DNA of 62,802 nucleotides, from positions 1 to 62,802 of the forward strand of contig CAYVEW010000005.1 of NCBI GenBank assembly GCA_964450375.1, in the 5' to 3' direction. The notes below the pieces were generated by a model. The model worked only from the letters and a program-made list of their open reading frames with translations, did not search any database and was not told the DNA's origin. Each line of letters starts with the position of its first letter. Position 1 is the stretch's first letter. Positions 45,804 through 54,491 of the stretch are shown piece by piece. The translations under genes were made by a program, and so were the position numbers. Origin of the DNA: an uncultured Bacteroidales bacterium. Its GTDB lineage: Bacteria > Bacteroidota > Bacteroidia > Bacteroidales > UBA12077.

Positions 45804-47258
45804 ATGGATAAGATTATTGAGTTTTCAAAACACGTTCAGTTTACATTTGGCGATTCAGTTCTGGAAATTATCTACCTGATTGCCTCGATATTATTTATTT
45901 TAGGTTTAAAAATGCTGAGTCATCCCGATTCGGCAAAACGTGGCAACATCTGGGCCGCAGCTGGAATGATTATAGCAATTGTTGGTACTCTTTTTTTACA
46001 CCGGCAAAATGGCAGGGAAATAGGTAATTTCGGATACATTTTTGCGGCCATTGCTTTGGGAACGGTTTTTGGCTGGATTGTTGCTCGAAGAGTAAAAATG
46101 ACCAAAATGCCCGAACTTGTTTCGTTTTTTAACGGAATGGGTGGTGCTGCAGCTGCATTAATTTCCTTAATGGAATTCCCACATATTAACAAACAACTTT
46201 TATTGGAGCATGGAATGCTTAACTGGCAAGCTTTAGTTATTTTCCTGGGCTTAGTTATTGGTAGTGTCTCTTTTGCTGGTAGCCTGATTGCTTATGGCAA
46301 GCTTGATGGTAAAATTAAGGATGTCAGATCGAAAATATTACGTTACATCAATATTTTATTACTATTGATTATTGTAGGTTTTATTGCTTATTTAATGACT
46401 CGTGGCCAGGTGAATCCTTTGGATTTGGAGCCATTAATCTACATTCTGTTGGCTATTTCGCTGGTATACGGAGTTCTCTTTGTTCTGCCTATTGGAGGTG
46501 CTGATATGCCGGTGGTAATATCGCTATTAAATTCGTTTACAGGAGTAGCAGCAGCTATGGGTGGATTCTTATATGATAACCTCGTAATGTTAACGGGTGG
46601 TATATTGGTTGGATCGGCAGGAACCATTTTAACCGTTCTGATGTGTAAAGCAATGAACCGATCATTATTCAATGTAATTATTGGTGCTTTTGGCGGAGGT
46701 GGCGAAGCAATCGAATCGGAGCAAGGATCAATTAAGGAAGTATCAATAACGGATGCATCCATTTTATTGAGTTACTCGCAGAAGGTAATGATTGTTCCGG
46801 GTTACGGACTGGCAGTTGCCCAGGCTCAACATTTGGCTTTTGAATTAGATAAGTTATTGTCGGAAAAAGGTGTTGATGTTAAATATGCTATTCATCCTGT
46901 AGCCGGACGAATGCCAGGGCACATGAATGTTCTTTTGGCTGAAGCTGATGTGCCTTACGAGAAACTTCTGGAAAGTGACGAAGCAAATGGTGAGATGGAA
47001 AATGTTGATGTGGTTGTTGTGATCGGAGCCAATGATGTGGTAAATCCGGCTGCCGAAAACGATCCGACAAGTCCGATTTATGGAATGCCTATTGTAAAAG
47101 CCCTGAAAGCCAAAAATATTATTGTTATGAAACGCGGAATGGGTAAAGGATATGCTGCAATAGAAAATAATCTGTTCTATCACGATAAAACGCGGATGCT
47201 ATTCGGAAATGCAAAAGACAGCTTACAGAAAATTGTTAATGAAGTAAAGAATTTATAA
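45804..47258 (+). CDS. pntB: NAD(P) transhydrogenase beta subunit
   Basis: MPELVSFFNGMGG, IGGADMPVVIS, VPGYGLAVAQAQH, HPVAGRMPGHMN and GANDVVNP motifs. Confidence 0.98.
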   Translation: MDKIIEFSKHVQFTFGDSVLEIIYLIASILFILGLKMLSHPDSAKRGNIWAAAGMIIAIVGTLFLHRQNGREIGNFGYIFAAIALGTVFGWIVARRVKMTKMPELVSFFNGMGGAAAALISLMEFPHINKQLLLEHGMLNWQALVIFLGLVIGSVSFAGSLIAYGKLDGKIKDVRSKILRYINILLLLIIVGFIAYLMTRGQVNPLDLEPLIYILLAISLVYGVLFVLPIGGADMPVVISLLNSFTGVAAAMGGFLYDNLVMLTGGILVGSAGTILTVLMCKAMNRSLFNVIIGAFGGGGEAIESEQGSIKEVSITDASILLSYSQKVMIVPGYGLAVAQAQHLAFELDKLLSEKGVDVKYAIHPVAGRMPGHMNVLLAEADVPYEKLLESDEANGEMENVDVVVVIGANDVVNPAAENDPTSPIYGMPIVKALKAKNIIVMKRGMGKGYAAIENNLFYHDKTRMLFGNAKDSLQKIVNEVKNL

Positions 47259-47277
47259 TGAAATAAAACTTATTTAG

Positions 47278-47305
47278 AAGCCCGAATTTTTTTCGGGCTT
47301 TTTTT
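47278..47305 (+). terminator. Intrinsic terminator after pntB
   Basis: aagcccgaa...ttcgggctt followed by a T tract. Confidence 0.85.
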
Positions 47306-47370
47306 ATATTCATTGGTTTTGATTTTATAATTCTTATTTTTACTACAGTTTATTTAATACAAGTAAGATT

Positions 47371-49161
47371 ATGCGTTATATATCTACTCTAATCGTATTG
47401 CTGTTCATGGCAATTGGTGGATTTTCTCAAGATTTTAAATATGAAGAGTTGCCCGATGGATCAAGGGTTTTTCATGAAGGTAAGTTAGAATTTAAAGAAG
47501 GTATACCATTTCTGACATTGAAAGGTAACATTTTCGAAGTAGGAATACAGTATGGCGTTTTAGCAAATGATTTATTATTAGAAATGGACCATACCGTTGA
47601 TAGTTTAATTGATTCATATATTGGAACTTTCTTTCTAAAAAGATGGGTGGCCAATATGGTATTGAATAAAAAAATCAGAAAAATAGAGCGCACAATGCCA
47701 GAAGAATATTTGATTGAGCTTGAAGGAATTGAAGAAGGAAGTGATTTAAGATATAAAGACCTGCAGATTATTGCCTATTTTCCTCAATTGTTTTTTGATA
47801 TCAGTTGTACATCATTTATTATGAAAAACGAAAACGGCCTTGTACATGGAAGAAATCTTGATTGGCCAGGAATTGGTGTTTTGTCAGATCACGCTTTGAT
47901 TGTAAATTATCATAAACAACATAAAAACCCATTAACTGTTCTAACTTATATTGGATATCCCGGAGTTTATACAGGGATGAATCATTCAGGACTAAGTATG
48001 TCGATTAACATGAATGGAACCCCTGCAGAAAATAATAAGAAAATAAGCGATTATAATACCGGAATGCCTCTTGCATATAAATTAAGAAATATTCTTGAAA
48101 ACGCGGATGATTTAAATGGAGTAGATAAGGAGTTTAAAGAGTATAGTTCGCATGCCTGGTTTATTACAGTTGGAAGCAAAAAAGATAATTCTGGTGCGGT
48201 GTACGAGCTGACCCGCGGAGAAGTAATTAAAAATAAAATGAACAATGATTTTCTATATGTTGAGAATCTTTCGTTATCCGATAAAGGAAGATATCAGTAC
48301 AGTCCTATCTGGATGTTTAGTGTTTCCAATATTTCGCGCGAACGAAAAATTAACGAATTATACGAGCGTATTAAGACGGATGACTTAATATCGAAAAGTT
48401 ATCAGATATTAACTAATACCGAAAATCATCATTTAAATCACGATCCATTATACAGCTACTCTATAAACAATGCCATAACCATTAAAAGTTGTATTATGGA
48501 TAATCAAAGTAATATAGTTTATTTTACTTACGGCGATGGATTAGCAGCATTTAATGAGTATCTGAAATACGATATTAATACCGGGAATGTATCTGTTTAT
48601 GAAAATAAGAAGAAAATACCTAACGAAGATTATTATAATGAGGCCCGTAAATATCACAGCTGGTATGCTAACGAAATATCTCATAAAAAGAAATTAGAAC
48701 AAGAAGATTACCAGGCTTTGCTTACAAAAGTGGAAAGCCTTGAGCTGGGGCCGGCCCACAAAGCTTTATTACTCTCATATTATAATTCACAACTTGAAAA
48801 TCATGAGTTAGCATTTATCAATGCAGAGAAATATATTCTGGAACTGCCCGATTATTATCACACATACTACAACAAATACCGAATAATGAAAAACAAAGGC
48901 GATTATTTAGAAGCTATTGTAGCATTGGAAGAAATGTTGCAGACATCTACCATAACGCCTTATTATACTTATTTGGCTAAAATAAATATGATTGAGATGT
49001 ACGATAAATTGTTAGGCCAAAAAACAGATTCGGTTTATATTGGTAAAATCAATCGCTTGGCCGATGAGATTCGTGATGACCTAAAGCAATATTTTATAGA
49101 TAAACGAACTCAGAAAGACCTGGACTTAATTCAATCCATCGAAAATAAGTACACGAAATAG
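47371..49161 (+). CDS. Secreted C45-family Ntn hydrolase with C-terminal TPR-like region
   Basis: Autocleavage site S-CTSF, HGRNLDW, GVYTGMNHSG; helical repeat tail; signal peptide. Confidence 0.82.
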   Translation: MRYISTLIVLLFMAIGGFSQDFKYEELPDGSRVFHEGKLEFKEGIPFLTLKGNIFEVGIQYGVLANDLLLEMDHTVDSLIDSYIGTFFLKRWVANMVLNKKIRKIERTMPEEYLIELEGIEEGSDLRYKDLQIIAYFPQLFFDISCTSFIMKNENGLVHGRNLDWPGIGVLSDHALIVNYHKQHKNPLTVLTYIGYPGVYTGMNHSGLSMSINMNGTPAENNKKISDYNTGMPLAYKLRNILENADDLNGVDKEFKEYSSHAWFITVGSKKDNSGAVYELTRGEVIKNKMNNDFLYVENLSLSDKGRYQYSPIWMFSVSNISRERKINELYERIKTDDLISKSYQILTNTENHHLNHDPLYSYSINNAITIKSCIMDNQSNIVYFTYGDGLAAFNEYLKYDINTGNVSVYENKKKIPNEDYYNEARKYHSWYANEISHKKKLEQEDYQALLTKVESLELGPAHKALLLSYYNSQLENHELAFINAEKYILELPDYYHTYYNKYRIMKNKGDYLEAIVALEEMLQTSTITPYYTYLAKINMIEMYDKLLGQKTDSVYIGKINRLADEIRDDLKQYFIDKRTQKDLDLIQSIENKYTK

Positions 49162-49905
49162 ATGAACGATAAGATTAAATATACTGCAGAAATATTATTA
49201 AAATCGAATAGTACAATTGCTTATACAGGCGCGGGCATTTCGGTTGAAAGTGGGATTCCTCCATTTCGTGGCGATAATGGTTTGTGGAATAAATACGACC
49301 CGAATGTGCTGGATTTAGACCAGTTTTATTCTCATCCACATGAGTCGTGGAAAGTAATAAAGGAAATTTTTTATGATTTCTTTGGAAATGCAAAACCCAA
49401 CGCTGCGCATTATGGGTTGGCCGACTTGGAAAAGAAAGGATTACTGCATGCCATTGTTACCCAAAATATTGATAATTTACATACCGATGCAGGTAGCAAG
49501 GAAGTATACGAGTTTCATGGAAACTCAAGAATGCTGGTTTGTACAACATGTTTAAAGCATTTTGTGGCATCGGAAAAAATGAATGAAGATATTCCGGTGT
49601 GCGATCAATGTGGTAAAGTGCTAAAACCCGATTTTATATTTTTTGGAGAGATGATTCCCGAAATAGCTTACCGAAAATCGGTTGAAGCAGCTCGAAAAGC
49701 AAAAGTGGTAATTGTTGTAGGATCTACAGGCGAAGTATATCCTGCTGCAAAGATTCCGGTTATCGCAAGGCAGAATGGTGCTAAAATTATTGAGATAAAT
49801 CCTGAAGAGTCATTATTTACAAATCAAATAACAGATGTATTTTTACAGGGGAAGGCATCGGAAGTAATCCCCGAATTATTAATTGGAATAAAAGAAAAAT
49901 TATGA
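49162..49905 (+). CDS. cobB: NAD-dependent protein deacylase (sirtuin)
   Basis: TGAGISVESGIPPFRG, TQNIDNLH, FHGN, CxxC...CxxC, KPDFIFFGE and GSTGEVYPAA motifs. Confidence 0.93.
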   Translation: MNDKIKYTAEILLKSNSTIAYTGAGISVESGIPPFRGDNGLWNKYDPNVLDLDQFYSHPHESWKVIKEIFYDFFGNAKPNAAHYGLADLEKKGLLHAIVTQNIDNLHTDAGSKEVYEFHGNSRMLVCTTCLKHFVASEKMNEDIPVCDQCGKVLKPDFIFFGEMIPEIAYRKSVEAARKAKVVIVVGSTGEVYPAAKIPVIARQNGAKIIEINPEESLFTNQITDVFLQGKASEVIPELLIGIKEKL

Positions 49906-50111
49906 TTAAATTTAAACTGGAAGGATCGGACTATATAGAGCTAATTAAGCTGTTGAAAGTTACCAATATATGCGGAAGCGGGGGAGAAGCGAAACACCTG
50001 GTTGATGAGGGAGAAGTGAAACTCAATGGTGAGCTGGAAAGCAGAAAAAGAGCAAAACTAAGAATAGGCGATAAGATTGAAGTATTTAACGAAATAATAA
50101 TCATTGAATAA
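49902..50111 (+). CDS. S4-domain RNA-binding protein (YaaA/YbcJ-like)
   Basis: YIELIKLLK......SGGEAK....G.V.LNG..E.RKR.KL..GD; ATGA overlap with cobB. Confidence 0.9.
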   Translation: MIKFKLEGSDYIELIKLLKVTNICGSGGEAKHLVDEGEVKLNGELESRKRAKLRIGDKIEVFNEIIIIE

Positions 50112-50121
50112 AACCTAAAAT

Positions 50122-50679
50122 ATGTCATTTCTAGAATTAGCAAAAAAACGGTATTCGTCGAGAAAGTATTTAGACAAACCAATCGAGAAGGAATTGTTAT
50201 TAAAAGTTTTAGAAGCCGGACGCATAGCTCCTTCGGCTAAAAACAAACAACCCTGGCATTTTGTGGTAATTACCCAGACCGAAGCACTGGAGAAAATCAG
50301 AGCCTGTTACGAAAGCGAATGGTTAAAGGCTGCAAAATGTATTATAGTGGTTTGTGGCGATCATCGCGAAGCATGGCGCAGAGCCGATGGAAAAATACAC
50401 ACCGACATTGATGTAGCAATTGCAGTTGATCATATGACACTTGCAGCTACAGATATAGGTCTTTCAAGTTGTTGGATTTGTAAATTCGATGTGATGAAAT
50501 GTGTAAAAGCCCTGGATTTACCCGAAGGTGTTGAGCCTGTTGCCTTGTTACCTATTGGTTATCCGGCCGATGAAGCAGATGTAAACCGACACGAGCAATT
50601 ACGTAAACCACTGGATGAAATTGTTCATTGGGATAAGTTTTATTATAAGCCATTTAAACGGGCAAAAAATTTGTTGTAA
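50122..50679 (+). CDS. Nitroreductase family protein
   Basis: RYSSRKY, RIAPSAKNKQPW and DHMTLAATDIGLSSCWI motifs. Confidence 0.93.
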   Translation: MSFLELAKKRYSSRKYLDKPIEKELLLKVLEAGRIAPSAKNKQPWHFVVITQTEALEKIRACYESEWLKAAKCIIVVCGDHREAWRRADGKIHTDIDVAIAVDHMTLAATDIGLSSCWICKFDVMKCVKALDLPEGVEPVALLPIGYPADEADVNRHEQLRKPLDEIVHWDKFYYKPFKRAKNLL

Positions 50680-50683
50680 ATGT

Positions 50684-50714
50684 AAATAGGGCTATTCAAA
50701 ATAGCCCTATTTTT
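50684..50714. terminator. Bidirectional terminator
   Basis: Perfect 13-bp inverted repeat aaatagggctatt-caa-aatagccctattt. Confidence 0.85.
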
Positions 50715-50755
50715 ATATCTCTTAGGTAAAAATCGGAAAATCAGAAGCAATTAAA

Positions 50756-52978
50756 TTAGTGGGTTTTTACATAATCTTTCATCAACCCCAAGTCAATTAA
50801 ACCGATACCTTGCTTTACCAAAATTTTGCGATCTTCTTCGAATAAATTATTAAATTCATCTTGATTATTATTTAAAAGCTTTAATGCTGTTTGGTAACTT
50901 TCAATGGCATCTTTCAAATCATTATTACACCAATAGGCATGACCTAACTGAACATATTCGTGTGCATTTTTTTGCTCTTCGGGTATTTTCTGATAATAAT
51001 TAATGGCCGTTTCAAATTTTCCAAGTATCAGCGAAATCCAGGCAATGGGGCGTTGTATTTTATCATTGGAAGGAGCCAGGTATTCTACCTTAAAATAGTA
51101 GTTTAAGGCTTCTTCGTATTTTTCTAAACGTACTAATGAGTGTCCGATATAAGCCTGAATATATAAATTTTCTGGTTCAAGCTTTTCGGCTTCTTTGTAA
51201 TATTCCAGTGCTTTACTATTCTCATTCAAGTATCGGTAGCAAAGGGCAATCTTTTTTGTAATCCAGGCTTTTTTAGCATCCAGCAATTCGGCTTTCTTAT
51301 AGTATTCGAGCGCTTGCTGATAATTCCCGGTTCGTTGATAACAATAGCCTATTTTTTCATATAGTTCGATATTACTTTCTTCAGTTTTTTCAATAAAACT
51401 AAAAAGCTGGGCTGCTTGATTAAAGTGTTGGTTTTCAAGGAAAAATTCAGCGATATTGCGTGTTACTTGTTTGTTTGTTACAATTTTATTCAGGAAATTC
51501 CAGTTTTGAATATCAAATTCCCATTTAAAAATATCGGAGAACTCGGTTTTATAAGGATGTAACTTATAAAACCGGTATAAATCCTGAAGGTATTGGGTAA
51601 ATATGTTTTTGGTAGCTGCAAAGTCGTTAAAAAGATTCTCGTCCTTGGCAACTTCTTCCATACTTTTCATTTCTTCATTGAACATATTCATCATCATCGA
51701 TTTGTGCGTTTCAGGTATCATTTGCAGGTTTAAGCAAAACGAATATTTATCAGAATTGCACATGTGGAATGATTTTTCCAGTTGTTCAACAAAGGGTTGC
51801 AGGTTGGTTTCTTCCTTTTCAACAATTAAGTCGATGTATTCATTTTCTTTATAAAAAGGTGCAAACCAATTTCCAAATTCATTAAAGAATGGAAAATTTT
51901 TAAGTTTAGAAAAAGCACTCATAAATACATCCGAACCTTCAATTTGCATTTGCGAGAAATCTTGCAGTTTATCGAAAAGATCCGGAGAATCTTCGAAAAC
52001 TTTTTCCCAATCGGGGTTTTTATCTTCAAAAAATTTATCAGAAACAATATTTTCCAGGTCTAAATTCTCTTCAATTTTAGGTTGCATTTTCATCATTTCA
52101 GGCAAAATCTCTTCTTCCCACTTTTTGGTAATTTTCTCGGTGTCTTTCGACTTAAATATCTGAATGATAATGGCTTCAATTTCACGATCGATTTCTTCAA
52201 TTTTCGAAAGCTTAGCTAAATCTTTCACCAGATCGGGGTATAGAACAATTCTTTTATCGTATTTGTATAATCCTAACACAATGCCAACCAAAGCCCGCTG
52301 CCAAACCTGATTTTCCTTTTTAATGTAGAATTTCAATAAAGCCTTAAATTTATTCACATCAAATACTCGAATTAAACTCAGCGTAATTGCACTTACCAAT
52401 ACACTTTTATCGTGCCACGGAATTTTATCCGAGTTGGATATGATCTCCAGGGTTTTATTCTCAACAGCCTTGTAATAATCTGTCAACCATAAGAAATTGA
52501 ATAAATTTTTCAATGAATCTTGCCTCGAAACAAATTCTGAATCTGCACCGGATGATGTTTCTATTTTATTTTCTTTCAGGATTTTATCCAGTTCACTGTC
52601 GAAAGTCAGGTTTTTTATTAACGAAAATGTTTCTTCCGATTGAGCTTCCATGTTTCTTTCAATCGACCATTTTAATTTATATATCCGTAATGATGATTTT
52701 TCGGTTAACAAGCATTCTTTTATACTATCTGCAATCTCCAGTAAAGTGCGCTGTACATAAAAATAAATATTATCGCGTTCAGGATCGTTAATTCCAGAGA
52801 AAGAGTGTCTTAATATATTATTGTAAGTATCTCTTACGGTTTCTATTTTCGTTTGATGATATTGTTTTTTTGTTTCAACGGCATATTCCAATAACAAATT
52901 AATTGCTGCAGTAATTTCATTGGTTAATATCAATTGTGAAACTTTATAATGCTGTGTCAGAATTATTTTATATTCCAT
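50756..52978 (-). CDS. Tetratricopeptide repeat protein
   Basis: C-terminal TPRs (KIGYCYQ..GNY..AL.YY.KA; YIGH.L...EKY.EAL.YYFKVEY); conserved Bacteroidetes middle region (EG.DV.MS.F..LK.FPFF). Confidence 0.85.
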   Translation of the reverse strand: MEYKIILTQHYKVSQLILTNEITAAINLLLEYAVETKKQYHQTKIETVRDTYNNILRHSFSGINDPERDNIYFYVQRTLLEIADSIKECLLTEKSSLRIYKLKWSIERNMEAQSEETFSLIKNLTFDSELDKILKENKIETSSGADSEFVSRQDSLKNLFNFLWLTDYYKAVENKTLEIISNSDKIPWHDKSVLVSAITLSLIRVFDVNKFKALLKFYIKKENQVWQRALVGIVLGLYKYDKRIVLYPDLVKDLAKLSKIEEIDREIEAIIIQIFKSKDTEKITKKWEEEILPEMMKMQPKIEENLDLENIVSDKFFEDKNPDWEKVFEDSPDLFDKLQDFSQMQIEGSDVFMSAFSKLKNFPFFNEFGNWFAPFYKENEYIDLIVEKEETNLQPFVEQLEKSFHMCNSDKYSFCLNLQMIPETHKSMMMNMFNEEMKSMEEVAKDENLFNDFAATKNIFTQYLQDLYRFYKLHPYKTEFSDIFKWEFDIQNWNFLNKIVTNKQVTRNIAEFFLENQHFNQAAQLFSFIEKTEESNIELYEKIGYCYQRTGNYQQALEYYKKAELLDAKKAWITKKIALCYRYLNENSKALEYYKEAEKLEPENLYIQAYIGHSLVRLEKYEEALNYYFKVEYLAPSNDKIQRPIAWISLILGKFETAINYYQKIPEEQKNAHEYVQLGHAYWCNNDLKDAIESYQTALKLLNNNQDEFNNLFEEDRKILVKQGIGLIDLGLMKDYVKTH

Positions 52979-53248
52979 ATTTTTTCAAGTTTGACTAAAA
53001 GGTTCAAATATCATTCCGAATCATCATAGCTGACAATATAGTAAAACTTAAGCCTGTTTTATGTTAAACTGTCATATAAATTTAAAGATAATAAGCAAAA
53101 AATTAAGGATAGTATAAAAATGTATTAAAAAGTCAACTTAAACAGAATGTTATTTAATACTTAAATTACTCTTATAAAACATTTACAATGGTTTATATAA
53201 TTTTTACTTTTGATAATAGTTAGCGATGTTTTAATTAATGGTCTCGTT

Positions 53249-53494
53249 ATGAACACTACTATTTACCAAAAAAAGTTAAACGAAGCAACTAGAGTTGTGG
53301 AAGGCTTAAAAGATAGTTTAATGGTAATCATCTGGGAAGAAGATCCGTTTGAGTTCTGCAGTTCGCGTGCTTTACTTCCTTTCATTCAGGAAGAAGCAGA
53401 ATATAATGTCAGAAGCTTAGGCCTTAGTAAACAAGATCAGGAACACTTTATTGAAAAAGTTAAACAGGTATTGGGCGAATTCTGCGAAATGTAA
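53249..53494 (+). CDS. Small hypothetical protein
   Basis: 81-aa ORF from ATG 53249, preceded by a TACTTTTG -7 element at 53205-53212. Confidence 0.55.
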   Translation: MNTTIYQKKLNEATRVVEGLKDSLMVIIWEEDPFEFCSSRALLPFIQEEAEYNVRSLGLSKQDQEHFIEKVKQVLGEFCEM

Positions 53495-53755
53495 TAGCAT
53501 TCGTAAAACTTTCTTGGCCGGCTTCGTTTATCCTATAAGGTTATAAGAAATTTGCACATTTGAAAAATAGTAAGTGTATCTATAATTTTTCGCTCAATGC
53601 GCAACTAATTTAATCGAAATCACATCTGTATAAGCAGAATAGAATCAAGAGTTTTATAATAAGCTTTGCTGGTTAATATAATTTTTCTTAACTTTAGTTT
53701 ACTTTAACTTTTTGGTCTGAAATTTGTTAAACGGTAACAAACAATATATTTTATT

Positions 53756-54001
53756 ATGAAATTAACATGTTATAAGAACGGAAAAGAAATATCCCTAAGA
53801 GACCCTTTGGATTTAGATTACATTGAATATGATGTAATTAAGGATTTTCTAAAAGTAATTGAGCACCTGGAAACAAATCCTAAAGCGAGAGTAGAGCTGG
53901 ATTTAACAGAGCCTTTTATTCCTAAATATAATCTGGTTAATTGCAGTAATGTTTTTACAGAAAGATTTAATCAAATCGTAAGAAGCAGAAAATTAGCTTA
54001 G
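53756..54001 (+). CDS. Small hypothetical protein
   Basis: 81-aa ORF with an A/T-rich Bacteroidetes-type start context; its stop is 1 nt before the next ATG. Confidence 0.6.
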   Translation: MKLTCYKNGKEISLRDPLDLDYIEYDVIKDFLKVIEHLETNPKARVELDLTEPFIPKYNLVNCSNVFTERFNQIVRSRKLA

Positions 54002-54002
54002 A

Positions 54003-54443
54003 ATGAAACGATCTGATAAAGCACTTCAATTTTATTCCAAAGGATTTAATTGCGCACAATCCGTTATTGCATCATTTGCAGATGTTTTAGAAGTGAACGA
54101 AGAAACGGCAATTCGCATGGCTTCAGGTTTTGGTGGTGGTATGGGGCGAATGCAGGACACATGCGGGGCCATTACCGGTGCATTTATGGTTATTGGCTAT
54201 TTGCGTGGAAAACACAAAACAGACGATGAGCATTCAAATGAAATGACTAATAAGCTAATCCAGGATTTCTCAAAGAAGTTTACCGAAAAGCATGGCAGTA
54301 TAAACTGTAAATCATTAATTAACTACGATTTAAATAGCACCGAAGGATTAAAAGCAGCAAAAGATGCCGATGTGTTTAATAAGAAATGTGCATTCTTTGT
54401 TAAAACTGCTGTTGAAATGCTTGAAGAAACAGTTATAAAATGA
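54003..54443 (+). CDS. C-GCAxxG-C-C family putative redox-active protein
   Basis: FNCAQS, FGGGMG...CGAITG, C..L and final C motif arrangement. Confidence 0.92.
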   Translation: MKRSDKALQFYSKGFNCAQSVIASFADVLEVNEETAIRMASGFGGGMGRMQDTCGAITGAFMVIGYLRGKHKTDDEHSNEMTNKLIQDFSKKFTEKHGSINCKSLINYDLNSTEGLKAAKDADVFNKKCAFFVKTAVEMLEETVIK

Positions 54444-54461
54444 AATTATTAGAATAAATTG

Positions 54462-54491
54462 AAAAAAGCGAAGCCGAAACTTCGCTTTTTT
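54462..54491. terminator. Bidirectional terminator
   Basis: aaaaaagcgaag-ccgaaa-cttcgctttttt. Confidence 0.85.

Noticed and set aside
44360-47258. Split pntA as a frameshifted pseudogene
   Set aside because: The three-gene AA/AB/B arrangement is a well-known natural form; both parts have proper starts and stops.
49162-49905. Sirtuin as an anti-phage SIR2 effector
   Set aside because: It has the zinc-binding CxxC pairs and length of a housekeeping CobB; there is no TIR, Argonaute, HerA or other defence neighbour.
53210-54443. Selenocysteine readthrough or programmed frameshift joining the small ORFs and the redox gene
   Set aside because: Stops are TAA/TAG, all catalytic Cys are normal codons, and I saw no SECIS-like or slippery signal.
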